Positions 7,658 through 15,476 of a stretch of 20,342 nucleotides of DNA are shown here, one piece after another. Source of the DNA: Chthonomonas calidirosea (lineage in GTDB: Bacteria; Armatimonadota; Fimbriimonadia; Fimbriimonadales; Fimbriimonadaceae); assembly GCA_945859975.1 (NCBI GenBank), contig CAMAPH010000046.1:1-20342 (forward strand). The letters are read 5' to 3'. The translations under genes were made by a program, and so were the position numbers. Numbering within the stretch: the stretch's first letter is position 1; the number at the start of each line of letters is the position of its first letter. The notes under the pieces were generated by a model that was not told the origin of the DNA, did no database searches, and was given only the letters and a program-made list of their open reading frames with translations.

Positions 7658-8866
7658 ATGAGTCTTGTGCAAACCACTCTCGCAATGATCCTTTCCATCA
7701 ACGGAATCGGACAGCAGGCCCCCGACGCAATGGGCGACGCGAACCCTCCAACCCAGGTCCGAATTTCCTACGGCGAAGATCCAACCCGAATGATGCGCGT
7801 AGTTTGGCAAACCAAGACCCCAACCAAATCGCTGGTTGTAAAGTACGGAACGAGCGACAAGCTTGAGCAAATGGCCGTCGGCAACCGCCCCACCTACGCC
7901 TACGAAACCGGTGCTCTCGCCGAAGCAACCCTCTACAACTTGAAGCCAAACACGACTTACTTCTACCGCTGCGGTAGCGATCAGGGCGGCTGGAGCGATG
8001 TACAGTCTTTCCGCACGGCCGATCCGAATCCGAAAGAGTTTGTCTTCACCGCCTTTGGCGACCATGGCGTTTCCGCGGACGCCGTTTCGAACGTGAAGAA
8101 CGTGCTGTTCGAAAAGCCAGCCTTTCACCTGCTGCTCGGAGATATCTCTTACGCGAACGGGAATCAGCCGATCTGGGACACGTATCTCGCTCAAATCGAG
8201 CCGATGACCCGCTCAATCCCTTACATGCTTGCGTACGGAAATCACGAGAACGAGGACATCACGGTGGACGGAAAGAAGCTGGACATCGGCTACATCGCCA
8301 CCATGACGCGATTTGCCATGCCTGGATTCGAACAGAGCTACGAGTTCGATTACGGCAATGCCCGCTTTGTGACGTTCAACTCGGACGACTATGAAAATCC
8401 GGTTCAGCAGATGTGGCTTGACCGAACACTAGCCGAGGCGCGGCGGAACAAGAAGGTCAAGTGGCTCATCGTTTTTGAGCACCACCCGCTCTACGGCACC
8501 TCAAAAGGTCGCGGTGATAACGCGGGCCTCATCAAGGCAATCAGCCCGATCCTGGATCGCTACAAGGTCGACCTAGTCCTCGCCGGTCACGACCACCACT
8601 ACGAGCGGCAGTATCCGATGCGCAATCAGCAGATCACGAGCACGCACAAGAGTAAGTACAAGAAAGGTGACGGAACCCTATACATGATTCAAGGAGGAGG
8701 CGGAAGAAGCCTTTATGACTTCACGGATCCCAAGCCCGCCAAGTGCGCGGTCCGAGAGAAGACCAACGGCTACGTGCGTATCACGGTGCCAAAGAAAGGT
8801 TCTCTGAAAATTGAGGCAAAGAGAGTCGACCGGTCCTTGATCGAAGTGATCGAAATCGCAGACTGA
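7658..8866 (+). CDS. Purple acid phosphatase-type metallophosphoesterase with N-terminal FN3-like domain
   Basis: All five PAP metal-binding blocks are present: GDHG, GDISY, GNHE, FEHHP and GHDH. N-terminal domain has MRVVW and LKPNTTYFYRCG; C-terminal GGGG and GYVRITV. Confidence 0.9.
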   Translation: MSLVQTTLAMILSINGIGQQAPDAMGDANPPTQVRISYGEDPTRMMRVVWQTKTPTKSLVVKYGTSDKLEQMAVGNRPTYAYETGALAEATLYNLKPNTTYFYRCGSDQGGWSDVQSFRTADPNPKEFVFTAFGDHGVSADAVSNVKNVLFEKPAFHLLLGDISYANGNQPIWDTYLAQIEPMTRSIPYMLAYGNHENEDITVDGKKLDIGYIATMTRFAMPGFEQSYEFDYGNARFVTFNSDDYENPVQQMWLDRTLAEARRNKKVKWLIVFEHHPLYGTSKGRGDNAGLIKAISPILDRYKVDLVLAGHDHHYERQYPMRNQQITSTHKSKYKKGDGTLYMIQGGGGRSLYDFTDPKPAKCAVREKTNGYVRITVPKKGSLKIEAKRVDRSLIEVIEIAD

Positions 8867-8882
8867 TTCTCAGGAATTGAAC

Positions 8883-8914
8883 GCGGGGCAGAGTGATCTG
8901 CCCCGCTTTCTTTT
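8883..8914 (+). terminator. Rho-independent terminator of the phosphatase gene
   Basis: Perfect 10-bp stem GCGGGGCAGA/TCTGCCCCGC with a GTGA (GNRA) loop followed by TTTCTTTT, lying between convergent genes. Confidence 0.88.
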
Positions 8915-8915
8915 A

Positions 8916-9317
8916 TCAGGCTGGCATCAAGACGGTGTCGATCACGTGGATCACGCCGTTCGAGGCTTCGACGTCGGCCGTGGTGACCGTCGCGTCGTTG
9001 ACTTTCACGCCATTTGCTGCGTCAATCGCAACGTCCGAACCCTGGACGGTGGTTGCGGAGGTGAGCTTCACCACATCAGCGGCCATTACCTTTCCGGCAA
9101 CGACGTGATAGGTGAGGATCGCGGTGAGCTTTTCTTTGTCGGCAAGTACTGCAGCAAGGGTTTCGGCTGGGATCTTTGCAAAGGCATCATCGGTTGGAGC
9201 GAAAACCGTGAATGGACCCTCGCCCGAAAGCGTTTCGATGAGACCCGCGGCGGTAAGGGCGGTTGCGAGCGTCGTGAATGATCCGGCTTCGACGGCTGTT
9301 TCAATGATATTTTTCAT
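8916..9317 (-). CDS. Single-domain fasciclin (FAS1) protein
   Basis: [19 protein letters not shown] (H1), ILTYHVV and [12 protein letters not shown] (H2); AGGA Shine-Dalgarno upstream of ATG 9317; no signal peptide. Confidence 0.95.
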   Translation of the reverse strand: MKNIIETAVEAGSFTTLATALTAAGLIETLSGEGPFTVFAPTDDAFAKIPAETLAAVLADKEKLTAILTYHVVAGKVMAADVVKLTSATTVQGSDVAIDAANGVKVNDATVTTADVEASNGVIHVIDTVLMPA

Positions 9318-9380
9318 GGTGTTCCTGCGAATCTCAAGATTCGCATTCCTTGCTACGTGCCCAGCTTTAGGTTCAATCGG

Positions 9381-9404
9381 GATTGTTTTGAAATCTTAAC
9401 AATC
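9381..9404. promoter_or_regulatory. Inverted repeat GATTGTT-N10-AACAATC in an AT-rich patch; possible operator for the fasciclin gene
   Basis: Perfect 7-bp arms at 9381-9387 and 9398-9404, about 64-87 nt upstream of the fasciclin start. Confidence 0.35.
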
Positions 9405-9470
9405 AATATATTTCAGAGATTTTTGCCGATGTTTGGGCTCATCAACCCGTACGCGCTGACGCCAAAGGTG

Positions 9471-9956
9471 TCACTTCTTTTTCGGCTTAGGTTGTGGTGC
9501 AACTACCTTTCCGATGGAGATCACGGCTTCCCGGTCGCCCATGACTTCGGTAGGGGCTGGCACTGGCTTCGGCGATCCCATGACCGGCTTCGTACTATTC
9601 GGAGTCGAACTTTTAACGGGCACGGCGACCTTGCCAACCGCCGATTCTCCAACGACCGGATCGGTACAGCCAGCCATCCCGGCCGCAATTGCACCGGTCA
9701 AAACCAACCGAGAAACCCACCCATCGCGCGTCAGAATTCCCTTAGCGGGGTCCGCCAGGATCCGCGTGCAAACCTTGGTTTCGGCCTGCAGGAGCGCTTC
9801 AACCTCCGAAGCCGGCATTCCGGCCAAGTTGTGAACGTGACAGCCGCAACCGGCGCACAACCGCTTGTCCTCGCCCCCCACCATCGCATCCCAACTCTCG
9901 CCACACGGCTTCGGGATCGTTACCATCACCAATTCGCTCAACTGTCGCTTTCGCAT
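9471..9956 (-). CDS. Hypothetical membrane protein with Cys-rich N-terminal motif (PC-x3-W-x2-M...CxxC...C) and low-complexity tail
   Basis: IPKPCGESWDAM...RLCAGCGCHVHNL...VC, then the hydrophobic segment LVLTGAIAAGMAGC and a Pro/Val/Lys-rich tail. Fits neatly between neighbours on the same strand. Confidence 0.75.
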   Translation of the reverse strand: MRKRQLSELVMVTIPKPCGESWDAMVGGEDKRLCAGCGCHVHNLAGMPASEVEALLQAETKVCTRILADPAKGILTRDGWVSRLVLTGAIAAGMAGCTDPVVGESAVGKVAVPVKSSTPNSTKPVMGSPKPVPAPTEVMGDREAVISIGKVVAPQPKPKKK

Positions 9957-10040
9957 GCAAGTGAGTGCTTTGATCTCCGAGATTCGTTCAAAGCACCCTT
10001 AAACTTTTGGCGAGAAGTTGGCATGCCAAGTCGAATGCGA

Positions 10041-11330
10041 CTACATCTTGACGCGCATGATCACGGTGCTTCCGCGACCGGCTTGGTTCGCGACACTCTG
10101 GATGGTCCAAAGATCGGTGAGATTGTCGCCGTCAACGACCGAGCCGCTGTAGTCGCCCCAAGCGCCGCCTTCGGTCGCGGCGACTCCGGTTCCGATCTCA
10201 AAAATCTCGCGCAATGTGCTCTTCTTATCCGCCGCCTTTCGCCAGGCAACGCGCGGCGAGATGAACATGTCTGGGCCGGTTTCTTGGAATCCGACCAACA
10301 CGTCGTTCCGCTTATTGACCGCAATCGTGGTCTGGATGTAGCTGTTCTTCGAGTGCTCAATGACTCCGCTTTGAACAAACTGGCCGTCCAACGTGACCTG
10401 GTGCCACTGAACTCCGGCTCTTCCATTGACATTCACCGCCTGCGAGAACCAGAGATGCTTGCCTTGCACTACGAGGTTCTTCGGGTTGCGGTCACCGCTC
10501 GAAGTTTTCGCGGCGGTGCCCTTCATCGGTGACTGCGGGGGCCAGCCGAAGTAGCGGAAGCCATGGGGAGCCTTCTTAACGGACTTCACCACCGGCGTTC
10601 CCTTGCCGTTGTCACCAACCGTAGTTAGCTCGATCTCCTTGTCCGTCAAGTTTACAAAGAGCAGATCGTCTGACTTGTCCTGATTCGAAACCGGGTGGCC
10701 GAGGCTGCCTGCAAAGTGATAAACCGTCGCTGGTTTGCCGGCTTTGGCTTCCGCAGTTTTCATCACAAACGTACGCTCTTCGCCACCTGGGAACGAGTAG
10801 CCAATCCACTTTCGGCTGTAGCCAATGCCGCCGCCATCCACGCCATTAGGAATCGAAACGGGATAGGTGTTCCAAGCCTTCGTCGGGTCAGATGACTCCG
10901 AAATCGAAATGTTTACCGGCTTCAACTTAGCCTCATCCCACGGATTCCAAAGATCAAAGCCGAACACTTTGTTGTGCGGATCGAAGAAGAGCTTCGGGTC
11001 GATGCCGTTGTTGAATTCCGACTGCGGCACGCCATCGACGTAGTTGCCCTTCTTGTCGTAAATCACCAAGCCGCTGTTCGTGCCATGAAAAACGAACCCT
11101 CCGCCGACCGCGATCTGCGGGTCGACTTGGCGGTTGCCATCCGTCGAACCATCGAATACGAGGTGACCGCCAACCGTGCGCGGATTTCCGCCCTGCACGC
11201 GCTTCTTCGCCTTTCCGCCCTTGTTGAAGCTGGCATTTCGAATCGGAACGACGACTTCCGTGCGAACCGGCTCAATCGGCGTCTGGGCGAACGGAAAAAG
11301 GGCAAGCGCTAACACAGCGGTCACGGGCAT
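10041..11330 (-). CDS. Hypothetical secreted protein, probably beta-rich (propeller-like)
   Basis: 429-aa ORF with hydrophobic N-terminus (MPVTAVLALALFPFA-Q); motifs VDPQIAVG, DPKLFFD, SESSDPTKAW and WGDYSG; protein-like composition. Confidence 0.75.
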   Translation of the reverse strand: MPVTAVLALALFPFAQTPIEPVRTEVVVPIRNASFNKGGKAKKRVQGGNPRTVGGHLVFDGSTDGNRQVDPQIAVGGGFVFHGTNSGLVIYDKKGNYVDGVPQSEFNNGIDPKLFFDPHNKVFGFDLWNPWDEAKLKPVNISISESSDPTKAWNTYPVSIPNGVDGGGIGYSRKWIGYSFPGGEERTFVMKTAEAKAGKPATVYHFAGSLGHPVSNQDKSDDLLFVNLTDKEIELTTVGDNGKGTPVVKSVKKAPHGFRYFGWPPQSPMKGTAAKTSSGDRNPKNLVVQGKHLWFSQAVNVNGRAGVQWHQVTLDGQFVQSGVIEHSKNSYIQTTIAVNKRNDVLVGFQETGPDMFISPRVAWRKAADKKSTLREIFEIGTGVAATEGGAWGDYSGSVVDGDNLTDLWTIQSVANQAGRGSTVIMRVKM

Positions 11331-11373
11331 TCCCGAATTAAACCCGCGAAATCCGAACGGGCCAATGTGCGAC

Positions 11374-11379
11374 TAAAAT
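11374..11379 (+). promoter_or_regulatory. Putative -10 box (TAAAAT) of a leaderless transcript
   Basis: Near-consensus hexamer 5 nt upstream of ATG 11385, in a 54-nt divergent intergenic gap. Confidence 0.5.
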
Positions 11380-11384
11380 GAGCC

Positions 11385-12620
11385 ATGAAGAACTGGGCGG
11401 GAAATCAAACCTACAGCACCGATGTGGTCGCTGCTCCCAATTCGGTCGAGGCACTGCAGCAGGTGATCCGAAACGCGAGCAAAGTGAAGGCACACGGCAG
11501 CCGACACTCGTTCAACACCATCGCGGATACCAACGGAACGATTATCTCGCTGGAGAACTTTCAGGAGATTTCTGAACCGAATCCCGAAACGCGAACCGTC
11601 ACGATCGGAGGCGGGGTTCGCTATGGCGAGTTGGCTGTCCGTCTCCAAGAAGCAGGCTGGGCCTTGCACAACTTGGCATCTCTCCCGCACATTTCGGTTG
11701 CTGGGGCGATCGGTACCGCGACGCATGGTTCCGGATATCGAAACGGCAACCTCAGCACCGCCGTGGTCGGGCTCAAGTTCGTCGACGGTCGAGGCGAGGT
11801 GCACGCGTTGGATGAAAGCGATCCCAAGGCGCTCGACTCCCGAATCGTTCACTTAGGCGCGCTCGGCATTATTTACGAGCTCACGCTGCGAATCCAGCCA
11901 ACCTTTGAGATTCGGCAAACCGTTTTCGAAAATCTGCCGTTCCAAACTGGCCTCGAACACCTAGCCTTCATCGCACAACTCGGCTACTCCGTGAGCCTGT
12001 TCACGCGTTGGTCGGAGCCCGTTTTCGAGCAGATTTGGCTAAAAAGCGAAAGCGAGCTACCCGTCCCAACGGAGATTCTCGGAACTCTTCCTGCGACGAG
12101 AAAGCTACACCCACTTGCCGAGCTACCGTCCGAAAACTGCACCGATCAGCTCGGCGTTCCCGGCCCCTGGCACCAGCGATTGGCGCATTTCAAGATGGAG
12201 TTCACCCCAAGCGCGGGTGAGGAACTTCAGTCCGAGTACTTCGTTTCGCTGGAGGACGCTCCTTCAGCACTTGCAACGCTCTCCGTTCTCGCGCCAGAAC
12301 TGGCTCGGTTGGTGTTTGTCACCGAGGTCCGGTTCATCGCTGCCGATAGCCTGCCCATGAGTCCGGCGTACGAACGCGACGTCGTCGGAATTCACTTCAC
12401 TTGGAAGCCACTCTGGGCCGAAGTCGAGCCGATGTTATCTCTCATCGAGACACTGCTTGACCCGTTCAATCCGTGCCCGCACTTCGGAAAGCTGTTCACC
12501 TTGCCAACGGAGCGGCTGAAGGAGGTCTATCCTCGACTCCCCGAATTTGCAGATATCGCTGACGAGCACGATCCACACGGCAAGTTCCGCAACGACTTCC
12601 TAGAGAACATTCTTGGATAA
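11385..12620 (+). CDS. xyoA: FAD-linked alditol (xylitol) oxidase, VAO/PCMH family
   Basis: NWAGN, GSRHSFN (covalent FAD His), LHNLASLPHISVAGA..TATHGSG, HFKMEFTPSAGEELQSEYFV, EVR, HFTWK and PHFGKLF match Streptomyces AldO/XyoA as I recall them. Confidence 0.85.
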   Translation: MKNWAGNQTYSTDVVAAPNSVEALQQVIRNASKVKAHGSRHSFNTIADTNGTIISLENFQEISEPNPETRTVTIGGGVRYGELAVRLQEAGWALHNLASLPHISVAGAIGTATHGSGYRNGNLSTAVVGLKFVDGRGEVHALDESDPKALDSRIVHLGALGIIYELTLRIQPTFEIRQTVFENLPFQTGLEHLAFIAQLGYSVSLFTRWSEPVFEQIWLKSESELPVPTEILGTLPATRKLHPLAELPSENCTDQLGVPGPWHQRLAHFKMEFTPSAGEELQSEYFVSLEDAPSALATLSVLAPELARLVFVTEVRFIAADSLPMSPAYERDVVGIHFTWKPLWAEVEPMLSLIETLLDPFNPCPHFGKLFTLPTERLKEVYPRLPEFADIADEHDPHGKFRNDFLENILG

Positions 12621-12661
12621 CAAAAAGCGTCCAGCCTGAAGCTCAGGCTGGACGCTTTTTG
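12621..12661. terminator. Bidirectional rho-independent terminator
   Basis: Perfect 19-bp inverted repeat CAAAAAGCGTCCAGCCTGA-agc-TCAGGCTGGACGCTTTTTG with A5/T5 tracts, between convergent genes. Confidence 0.92.
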
Positions 12662-12677
12662 ATGGTTGTGTCGGTTC

Positions 12678-13424
12678 TTAAGCCGAAGGAGGAGCCGGTG
12701 CGAGTTCTTCGAACGGTTGAATAACCACGAAGCCTTCGCCCTGGAACTTCATCTGGAAGGTTTCGCCGCCGCCCCGTCCGAAGATCGCCTTCATGTTGAC
12801 ATCGGAGTGCATCTCGGGCGTCAGATTCCCGCTCCAAGCAACCGTTGCGTTCGGGTCGGTGAAGACAGGATCGCCTGGTCGTACTCGAAGGGTTAGTGGC
12901 TTGCCATGGGTAACGATGGCAACCATTCCGCTGCCGCTGAGGGCGGCCGAGAACAATCCGCCTGCCATCATTCCTGCAACTCGCTTGTGCATCGTGATGT
13001 TGTAAGTCACGGTGTCTTCGAACGCGAGCAGGTCGTTTCCGCTGACGTTGATCGTGTCTCCGCTCAACCGAAGAATGGTGATTTCCTTTCCGGCGTCTGC
13101 CAGATAAACCAAGCCGTCTCCTTCGATCTTGGCGAGCGGGGACATTTCACCGCTGACCATTCGCATGAACGCTTTGCCAAGGCCGCCTTCCATCATGCCT
13201 TCGCGCACAAACTTGACGTTTCCGCGATAGGCAACCATCGCGCCCAGCTTGCTCCAAATTCGGCCGCGAACTCGGGCTTCAAGCATCTTCGAACTTTCGA
13301 GTTCGAAAACATCGCCCGGGTTGTCCCGCTCTGCGGTCGCCGCTAAGAACTCGGCAATGCTGTGCGTCGCAACTTGATTCGAATTCGAAGGCCCATTGAC
13401 GGGTGGTGGAGGAGGCACGTTCAT
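12678..13424 (-). CDS. AIM24 family (TRAP-like fold) protein
   Basis: Start reassigned to ATG 13424 because the longer track ORF overlaps the upstream gene. Motifs GAMVAYRG, GDGLVYLAD, LLAFE, GGLF, VFTDPNATVAWS and GETFQMKFQGEGFVVIQPFE. Confidence 0.9.
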   Translation of the reverse strand: MNVPPPPPVNGPSNSNQVATHSIAEFLAATAERDNPGDVFELESSKMLEARVRGRIWSKLGAMVAYRGNVKFVREGMMEGGLGKAFMRMVSGEMSPLAKIEGDGLVYLADAGKEITILRLSGDTINVSGNDLLAFEDTVTYNITMHKRVAGMMAGGLFSAALSGSGMVAIVTHGKPLTLRVRPGDPVFTDPNATVAWSGNLTPEMHSDVNMKAIFGRGGGETFQMKFQGEGFVVIQPFEELAPAPPSA

Positions 13425-13482
13425 AAGCCGCTTTTTACCCAAGAACTCATATTCGTTCGCCGCTAGGCTTAGGACCGAAACA

Positions 13483-14520
13483 TCAGAAGTCGAACTGGTC
13501 GATGTTCTCTTTGTTGAAGGTGATCGTGCCGCCGAGCATGACGTTGTCACCGACGACTTTCTTCTCACCCAAACGTCCTGCGGCCAGCGTGGTGGAACCC
13601 GCTTTGAGCTTTCCGTCCACTAGTTCGCGCGCGGCAAAGACAGTCAGGTAGCCGAGGTCCTTCGTGTTCCAAAGAATCACCGATTTGACCACGTCTTCCT
13701 TGACGTAGGTCTTCATATCGTTTGGCGTTGAGAGCCCGGTGACGAGCACCTTGCCCGCTTTGCCTGCCTGCTTCACTGCCTCTGCCGCTCCGGGGAAGGC
13801 GACCGAGCTGATCGCAAAAACACCCTTCAGGTTTGGATAGACCTTCATGAGGTCTTGGGTCACCGAGAACGCGAGCTTCTGGTCTTCGTTAGACGGCTTC
13901 GTCGCGATGAGCTTCAGGCCCGGATACTTCTCAAGTCGGACCTTCATAAACTTGATCCACTCGTTCTGATTTGCCGCCGTAAGCGAAGCGGTAACAATGG
14001 CGACTTCTCCCGTCGCCGAGTCTCCGCCAAGGTCCTTCGCCATCGCATCAACCAAGGAGTTTCCGATCTCCTCTGGAGTCGCTTGGTTCACAAGAAACTC
14101 TCGGTTCGCCGCATCCGCGTCGGCGTCCCAGGTCAGAACCTTAATTCCGGCATCGCGAGCGCGCTTCATCGCGGGGCCGAGAACGGCTGGGTCGTTTGGA
14201 GAAACCGCAATAACGTCCACCCCTTGCGCCGTCCACTGGTCAATCAGCTTGACCGCGTCGGCCGCATCCCCGCTGGTTGGGCCATCGTAAATCAGCTCAA
14301 CGTTTCCGAGTTCCTTGGCCGCTTCCATCGCACCTTCGGAGCAGCTCGTGAAGTACGGCACGCCCTTTTTCTTCGGCAGCATCGCAACCGTGATTTGCTT
14401 GCCTTCGGACGCCGCAGTGCTGCCCGGCTTATCAGTCGGCGATTCCGACTTGGCGGCATCTCCGCCAGAACAGCCAACAAGGACAATAGCGAGGGCACAG
14501 AGGGCGAAAAGGTTTTTCAT
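13483..14520 (-). CDS. Sugar ABC transporter substrate-binding lipoprotein (RhaS/LsrB-like)
   Basis: Lipobox LVG-C; LPKKKGVPYF, IYDGP, AVSPND, TWDAD, ANQNEWI, TGLSTPN and ILWN..DLGYL; ends FNKENIDQFDF. ATGA overlap with the permease gene. Confidence 0.92.
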   Translation of the reverse strand: MKNLFALCALAIVLVGCSGGDAAKSESPTDKPGSTAASEGKQITVAMLPKKKGVPYFTSCSEGAMEAAKELGNVELIYDGPTSGDAADAVKLIDQWTAQGVDVIAVSPNDPAVLGPAMKRARDAGIKVLTWDADADAANREFLVNQATPEEIGNSLVDAMAKDLGGDSATGEVAIVTASLTAANQNEWIKFMKVRLEKYPGLKLIATKPSNEDQKLAFSVTQDLMKVYPNLKGVFAISSVAFPGAAEAVKQAGKAGKVLVTGLSTPNDMKTYVKEDVVKSVILWNTKDLGYLTVFAARELVDGKLKAGSTTLAAGRLGEKKVVGDNVMLGGTITFNKENIDQFDF

Positions 14521-15476
14521 GGTTTTGCAGATGCGGGGTTGACGGGTTGCGGCTTGCGGTTCTTTCGAAGCTCCGCGATGTTTTCGAGGAGGACGGTGAG
14601 AATCAGCAAGCTGCCGATAACGACTAGATTAAGCTCATTTTGCTTCCAATGCCAACTGACAAACTCGCGCGTTTCATGAATCAGTATCAGGCCAAGGACC
14701 AAACCGGTCACCCGGCCCTTTCCGCCGTGAATGCTGGCTCCGCCAAGGACGACCGCCGTGATCGCATCGAGCTCTAATCCGGACGCCAGGTCGGCCTTCG
14801 CGGTGTTGTTTCTCGCCACCAGCAAGATGGCCGCGATTCCGCAAATGAGCCCGGAGAATCCGTAAAGCCAAAGTTTCACACGATCGACCGGAATCCGGGA
14901 GAACCGGGAAACGTTCTCTTCGGTGCCGATGGCCAGCACCCAGCGCCCGAAGTAGGTTCGGGTCATCACTAAGTGCGTGCCGAGGGCTGCGAGGACAAAG
15001 ATGACGACGGGCGTCGGTCCCTGCAAGGCACTCAGTAACCAGTCTGGGTAGCCGGAGATCGCGCGGGCCGTGCTTATTCCTTCCGCCATCCCGCGATATG
15101 CCGCCAACGTTGCGAGGGTGACCAGCAACGGGTGAACTTTCATCTTGGTGACGAACCAGGCATTCAGGCCGCCTAGTAGCGTTCCTATCACCACGGTCAG
15201 GGCAACCGCCACCACTGGCGGCACGTTTCGCTCGAACATCAAACCGAAGCTCACCGCGGAGAGCGCAACCATCGAGCCGACCGAAAGGTCGATCCCGGCC
15301 GTGATCACGATCAACAGCATCGGGATCGCGACCAGCGCAAGCTCCCAAAGGTGCGTCGCCAACAGGGTCTGCGCTCGTACGGTCACAAACTTAGGCTCCA
15401 GAACACTGGCCGCTGCCATTAGGCACGCCAGCAGGACGATCAAAGTCAGTTCTCTTGACCAGCGAAGCGTTCTCAT
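14517..15476 (-). CDS. Sugar ABC transporter permease (RbsC/RhaQ/LsrD-like)
   Basis: ITAGIDLSVGS, LVTLATL, FGRWVLAIG and ELDAITAVVLGGASI.GGKG; multiple TM segments. Start at ATG 15476 (ATGA overlap, AAGGAGG upstream). Confidence 0.92.
   Translation of the reverse strand: MRTLRWSRELTLIVLLACLMAAASVLEPKFVTVRAQTLLATHLWELALVAIPMLLIVITAGIDLSVGSMVALSAVSFGLMFERNVPPVVAVALTVVIGTLLGGLNAWFVTKMKVHPLLVTLATLAAYRGMAEGISTARAISGYPDWLLSALQGPTPVVIFVLAALGTHLVMTRTYFGRWVLAIGTEENVSRFSRIPVDRVKLWLYGFSGLICGIAAILLVARNNTAKADLASGLELDAITAVVLGGASIHGGKGRVTGLVLGLILIHETREFVSWHWKQNELNLVVIGSLLILTVLLENIAELRKNRKPQPVNPASAKP

Noticed and set aside
9357..10532. 391-aa plus-strand ORF
   Set aside because: Lies antisense to two more plausible minus-strand genes; no motifs and shadow-like composition.
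12621..12661. 19-bp perfect inverted repeat considered as a MITE/REP element or CRISPR repeat
   Set aside because: Single copy in the window, with A/T tails and located between convergent genes; fully explained as a bidirectional terminator.
13425..13568. Ser/Thr-rich N-terminal extension of the AIM24 ORF
   Set aside because: Overlaps the 3' end of the binding-protein gene in another frame; ATG 13424 is the more plausible start.
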